Shown piece after piece: positions 61,159 through 64,000 of a stretch of DNA of 64,000 nucleotides. This stretch comes from a bacterium. GTDB taxonomy: Bacteria; Patescibacteriota; JABMPQ01; JAUVWW01. The stretch lies in the NCBI GenBank assembly GCA_030603885.1, contig JAUVWW010000003.1:13223-77222 (forward strand). The letters are read 5' to 3'. The stretch's first letter is position 1. The number at the start of each line of letters is the position of its first letter. Both the position numbers and the translations under genes were made by a program. The notes under the pieces are model-generated. The model made no database searches. It had not been told where the DNA came from and saw nothing but the letters and a program-made list of their open reading frames with translations.

Positions 61159-62346
61159 CTAAAGAAGACCAGAAGCCATCTTCAAGATCTCCTTTGCTTC
61201 TTTTAATTTATTCTTCTGTATTAATCTTGTTACTTTGATCAGTTTTCTTTTTACCTTATAACAACATCGGATCTCGAATTCTCGTTCATCAATAGTCTTC
61301 AGATCTGCTATCAGATATTGCAAGCGAGCTTCAAGATTAGATAAGTAAGCTACACGAGTAGATCGACCATAGATTATTAAGCTCATATCCAAAATAATCT
61401 TCTCTAGATCACTCTGGATTTCCTTAAGACGGAGAGCTTCCAAACTCTTCTTAAGAATTTTCTTTGATCGAGCAAATTGTCTTTTTCGAAGAAGTTCTCT
61501 GACTCTTTCAAATTCATTCTGAAGCATTTTCACGGGGAAAAGGAAAGGCTCCACATCAACAGTCTCAAGGTCACTTATCCACATCCATAATCTAGTAGCA
61601 TACCCCATTATTTCTGATTCAGAGACATTTTTCTCTTTGAAGACAGTATGATTTTCGAGAGATGCAAGAAAGCTTCTAATAGGGCGTAGCACATCTTTTT
61701 CAATACGATTCTTTTCGGTGATCAAAGCTAGTTCTAACATTCCTAGTCGAGAAGCTATTCTATAGATCTCCTCTTTTCGCATTTTCAGTCTTCTTTCAGC
61801 TGCTACTGTCTTGGCACCCGTAGCTGAAGGATTGATTCGACCCAGGCTGTCAGTTATGTTGAGACTGCTTTTGAAATAGTCACGAGCCTCTTTCTTAGTC
61901 GGTTTTCTTACTTTCTCCAATCGAAAAGCTAACTCGGCTATTTTTTTGTTGAGATTTATGAACTCCTTTTGAGTTAGGCCGGAATAATCAAGAAGAAGTA
62001 TAATGATCTCACGAGATGCCTCAGCAAATTCACTCATTAGCTGGAGCTCGCCCTTTTCTTCTCTGATTCCATACTGAGAGAGGGTATGGAATCTACCTCG
62101 GATAGCTTCATAAAGCCCACGTTCGTATATTTGATATTTTGTTATTTTTGGATCTTTTTCCTCTCTCCGAGGGATAAGAATCATTCCTTTTTTAAGCCAA
62201 TGGTCTTTTTTGAGTGGCTTACCATCTTTCAGTTTAGTCCCTTTCCGATAGCGATAATCTTCTTTGACTATAAGAATGTTTATTCCGTGGAGTCTCCTAA
62301 CTTCTAGCTGAGCAAAACCAAACTTAGTCACAATTCTCTGTTTCAT
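61159..62346 (-). CDS. Hypothetical, mostly alpha-helical protein
   Basis: ORF 395 aa. No family recognised. Confidence 0.4.
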   Translation of the reverse strand: MKQRIVTKFGFAQLEVRRLHGINILIVKEDYRYRKGTKLKDGKPLKKDHWLKKGMILIPRREEKDPKITKYQIYERGLYEAIRGRFHTLSQYGIREEKGELQLMSEFAEASREIIILLLDYSGLTQKEFINLNKKIAELAFRLEKVRKPTKKEARDYFKSSLNITDSLGRINPSATGAKTVAAERRLKMRKEEIYRIASRLGMLELALITEKNRIEKDVLRPIRSFLASLENHTVFKEKNVSESEIMGYATRLWMWISDLETVDVEPFLFPVKMLQNEFERVRELLRKRQFARSKKILKKSLEALRLKEIQSDLEKIILDMSLIIYGRSTRVAYLSNLEARLQYLIADLKTIDEREFEIRCCYKVKRKLIKVTRLIQKNKLKEAKEILKMASGLL

Positions 62347-62560
62347 TTTTCCTCCTTATTTCAAATTGTTTTTAAAAGGACATTTTGTTTTCTTGTGAGT
62401 TTATCTTAAAATAAATTTTTTGTCAACCCTTCGGCGATATACGTCCAGAAGGACATTTTATTTTAATACTATCTAGAATAATCAAGAAAAAAGGCTCGTG
62501 TGATTTATATGATTCACGCAGCCTTAGATGGGACAGGCCAAAGAATAAAACAGTAAAAAA

Positions 62561-62845
62561 TTATTCTTTGGCCTGTTTGTCAAAATTGTCGATGCTTTCG
62601 ATCATTTCTTCGAGGTCCTTTTCTGCTTCATGTAATGCCTCGCAGCCTTTAGCTTCGTCGATTGTGGCGTGATCTTTTCCACAGACATTACAGACGAAGC
62701 GTCTTTGATCGCCAGTCGTTTTAAAATCAGCGATCAATTTTTCTGTGTATTCACGAGCACATTCATCAGCCTCGTTCACGCGGTCATATAGCTTTCCGCA
62801 GATGGGGCATTTGTATTTAATGCTTACCCCTTTTCCTTCAAACAT
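62561..62845 (-). CDS. Small zinc-ribbon protein with internal duplication (C-x2-C-G-K ... E-A-x2-C twice)
   Basis: ORF 94 aa with motifs CPICGK...EADEC and CNVCGK...EAKGC. Confidence 0.45.
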   Translation of the reverse strand: MFEGKGVSIKYKCPICGKLYDRVNEADECAREYTEKLIADFKTTGDQRRFVCNVCGKDHATIDEAKGCEALHEAEKDLEEMIESIDNFDKQAKE

Positions 62846-62955
62846 TTTACCTCCTTTTTAGTTTCATTTTACCCTATCATACTGCCTATTTTTTGTCAAG
62901 TCTAGGAGGTCATTTGAGTAAAATAAATAGACATTCCAATTTGGTAAAGGAATGT

Positions 62956-63261
62956 CTATATCTGGTCTCTTTTTTCCAAGAGTTGCCTTGCTTTTTTCTC
63001 TCTTTTCTGAGGAGTGTCATGTTTCTTAAGACAATCAAGGCAAACCAGAAAATGGTGTTTTTCATTGTCAATCTCGATCTCAAGAACTCTACCTTTGACT
63101 ATAGATGAGTTCTTGAAACTCATGTGCGGATGGATTGTCTCTCCTCTCTCAAAATAGATGATGGCTTCTACCATAATTACATTATCCTCTCCGCAAAATT
63201 CACACCTTGATGTCCAGTGTTTAAAAGCTTCTGAGGATATACCAGAAACCTTATCCTTCAT
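62956..63261 (-). CDS. Small zinc-ribbon protein (CEFCG ... CLDC)
   Basis: ORF 101 aa. Confidence 0.4.
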   Translation of the reverse strand: MKDKVSGISSEAFKHWTSRCEFCGEDNVIMVEAIIYFERGETIHPHMSFKNSSIVKGRVLEIEIDNEKHHFLVCLDCLKKHDTPQKREKKARQLLEKRDQI

Positions 63262-63455
63262 CTGTACCTCCTTTTTATTAACACTCCATTATATCACTAT
63301 CAATTAATCTGTCAAGCCAATGGTATGGTTTTCTGAAATTGCATTCGATTAACCATTCAGTAAGATTCTAGATTTCAAAAGACTTGTCATGGATTTTCTG
63401 ATATGCTAGTATAGGCAGAATTGGCCTTTTGATAATATTTAATAAAGGAGGAAAA

Positions 63456-64000
63456 ATGAAGAGATTGTTATTTGTTGTTTTTCTTGTTTTACTTTTGCCA
63501 AGGCTTGCTTTTGCTAAGGAACCAGAGGACTACCAAGGGGAAAGATATAAAAAGCTTTTTTGGGAGCTTCAGGACAAGGGTTTCACTATATACGAGATAG
63601 GAAAAGTTTTTTATGACCCGAGAGTCGAATTTTATGAATTCCTTGTTAAACCTAGAAAAAGGCCCAAGCAAGACAAAGACTATAATCCTTATTTTGATCC
63701 CCAAAAAAAGTGGATCTCCACCCACGCTATCCTCAGGGGAAAGAGATTTCGAAAAGAGTCTAAAAATCCCCTGGATCAGACAGAAAAGAGGTTTGGCGTA
63801 GATTGGGGAATAAGCTCTGCAATTGGGTGGATTGAATCTCGCTTTGGAAGTAATACAGGACAATATAGGGTATTTAATGTTTACAACACCCTGTTTGCCT
63901 GGAAAAATTCAAAGTGGGCCAGGGCAGAGATTATAAGCCTTTTTTTACTGGCTAAAAAACTAGGTTTGGATCTATTGGATTTACTTGAGATCAGAGGTTC
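63456..64000 (+). CDS. Partial CDS running off the window: secreted lytic murein transglycosylase (MltB-like)
   Basis: Perfect RBS aaaggagg 5 nt upstream of the ATG at 63456, a signal peptide, and a GVDWGISSAIGWIESRFG motif. The frame stays open to the window end. It is absent from the ORF track because it has no in-window stop. Confidence 0.55.
   Translation, partial: MKRLLFVVFLVLLLPRLAFAKEPEDYQGERYKKLFWELQDKGFTIYEIGKVFYDPRVEFYEFLVKPRKRPKQDKDYNPYFDPQKKWISTHAILRGKRFRKESKNPLDQTEKRFGVDWGISSAIGWIESRFGSNTGQYRVFNVYNTLFAWKNSKWARAEIISLFLLAKKLGLDLLDLLEIRG

Overview
This is an AT-rich bacterial segment whose gene content (small proteins, a type IV pilus locus plus a T4SS-like locus, no obvious biosynthetic operons) is consistent with a reduced genome such as Patescibacteria/CPR. 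That assignment is an inference from the sequence, not a database result.

What the window contains:
- Housekeeping genes: rpsO, a NYN-domain gene, pnp, lgt, two DksA/TraR zinc-finger genes, lspA, comM/yifB, rsmA, radA, recG, recX, comFC and ligA.
- Six tRNAs, all on the minus strand: His-GTG, Arg-TCT, Arg-GCG and Ser-TGA with Ser-GCT.
- A complete type IV pilus locus (pilM-N-O, pilB, a CheY-like regulator, pilT, pilC, two major pilins, pilD, four minor pilins including a PilX-like protein).
- A T4SS-like cluster of about 17 kb with a VirB6/TrbL-like protein, a PrgI/VirB3-like protein, and a VirB4-like ATPase that is split by one in-frame TAA. It is followed by a tandemly duplicated two-gene module, in which a VirB2-topology pilin-like protein carries a Cys-rich domain (with a peptidoglycan amidase domain in one copy), and a membrane-anchored beta-propeller protein follows. 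There is no VirD4, relaxase or integrase in the window.

Other notable signals:
- A Panacea-domain/RelE-like toxin-antitoxin cassette flanked by 25-nt direct repeats.
- A secreted Tyr/Asp/Ser-rich low-complexity protein next to a transglutaminase-like membrane protein.
- A cluster of DnaA-box motifs followed by a GC-enriched, ORF-free, terminator-bounded region of about 430 nt that may be a structured ncRNA.
- An orphan radical SAM/SPASM gene.

All coordinates come from reading the sequence and the supplied ORF track. No searches were run, and domain calls rest on recognisable motifs in the translated ORFs.
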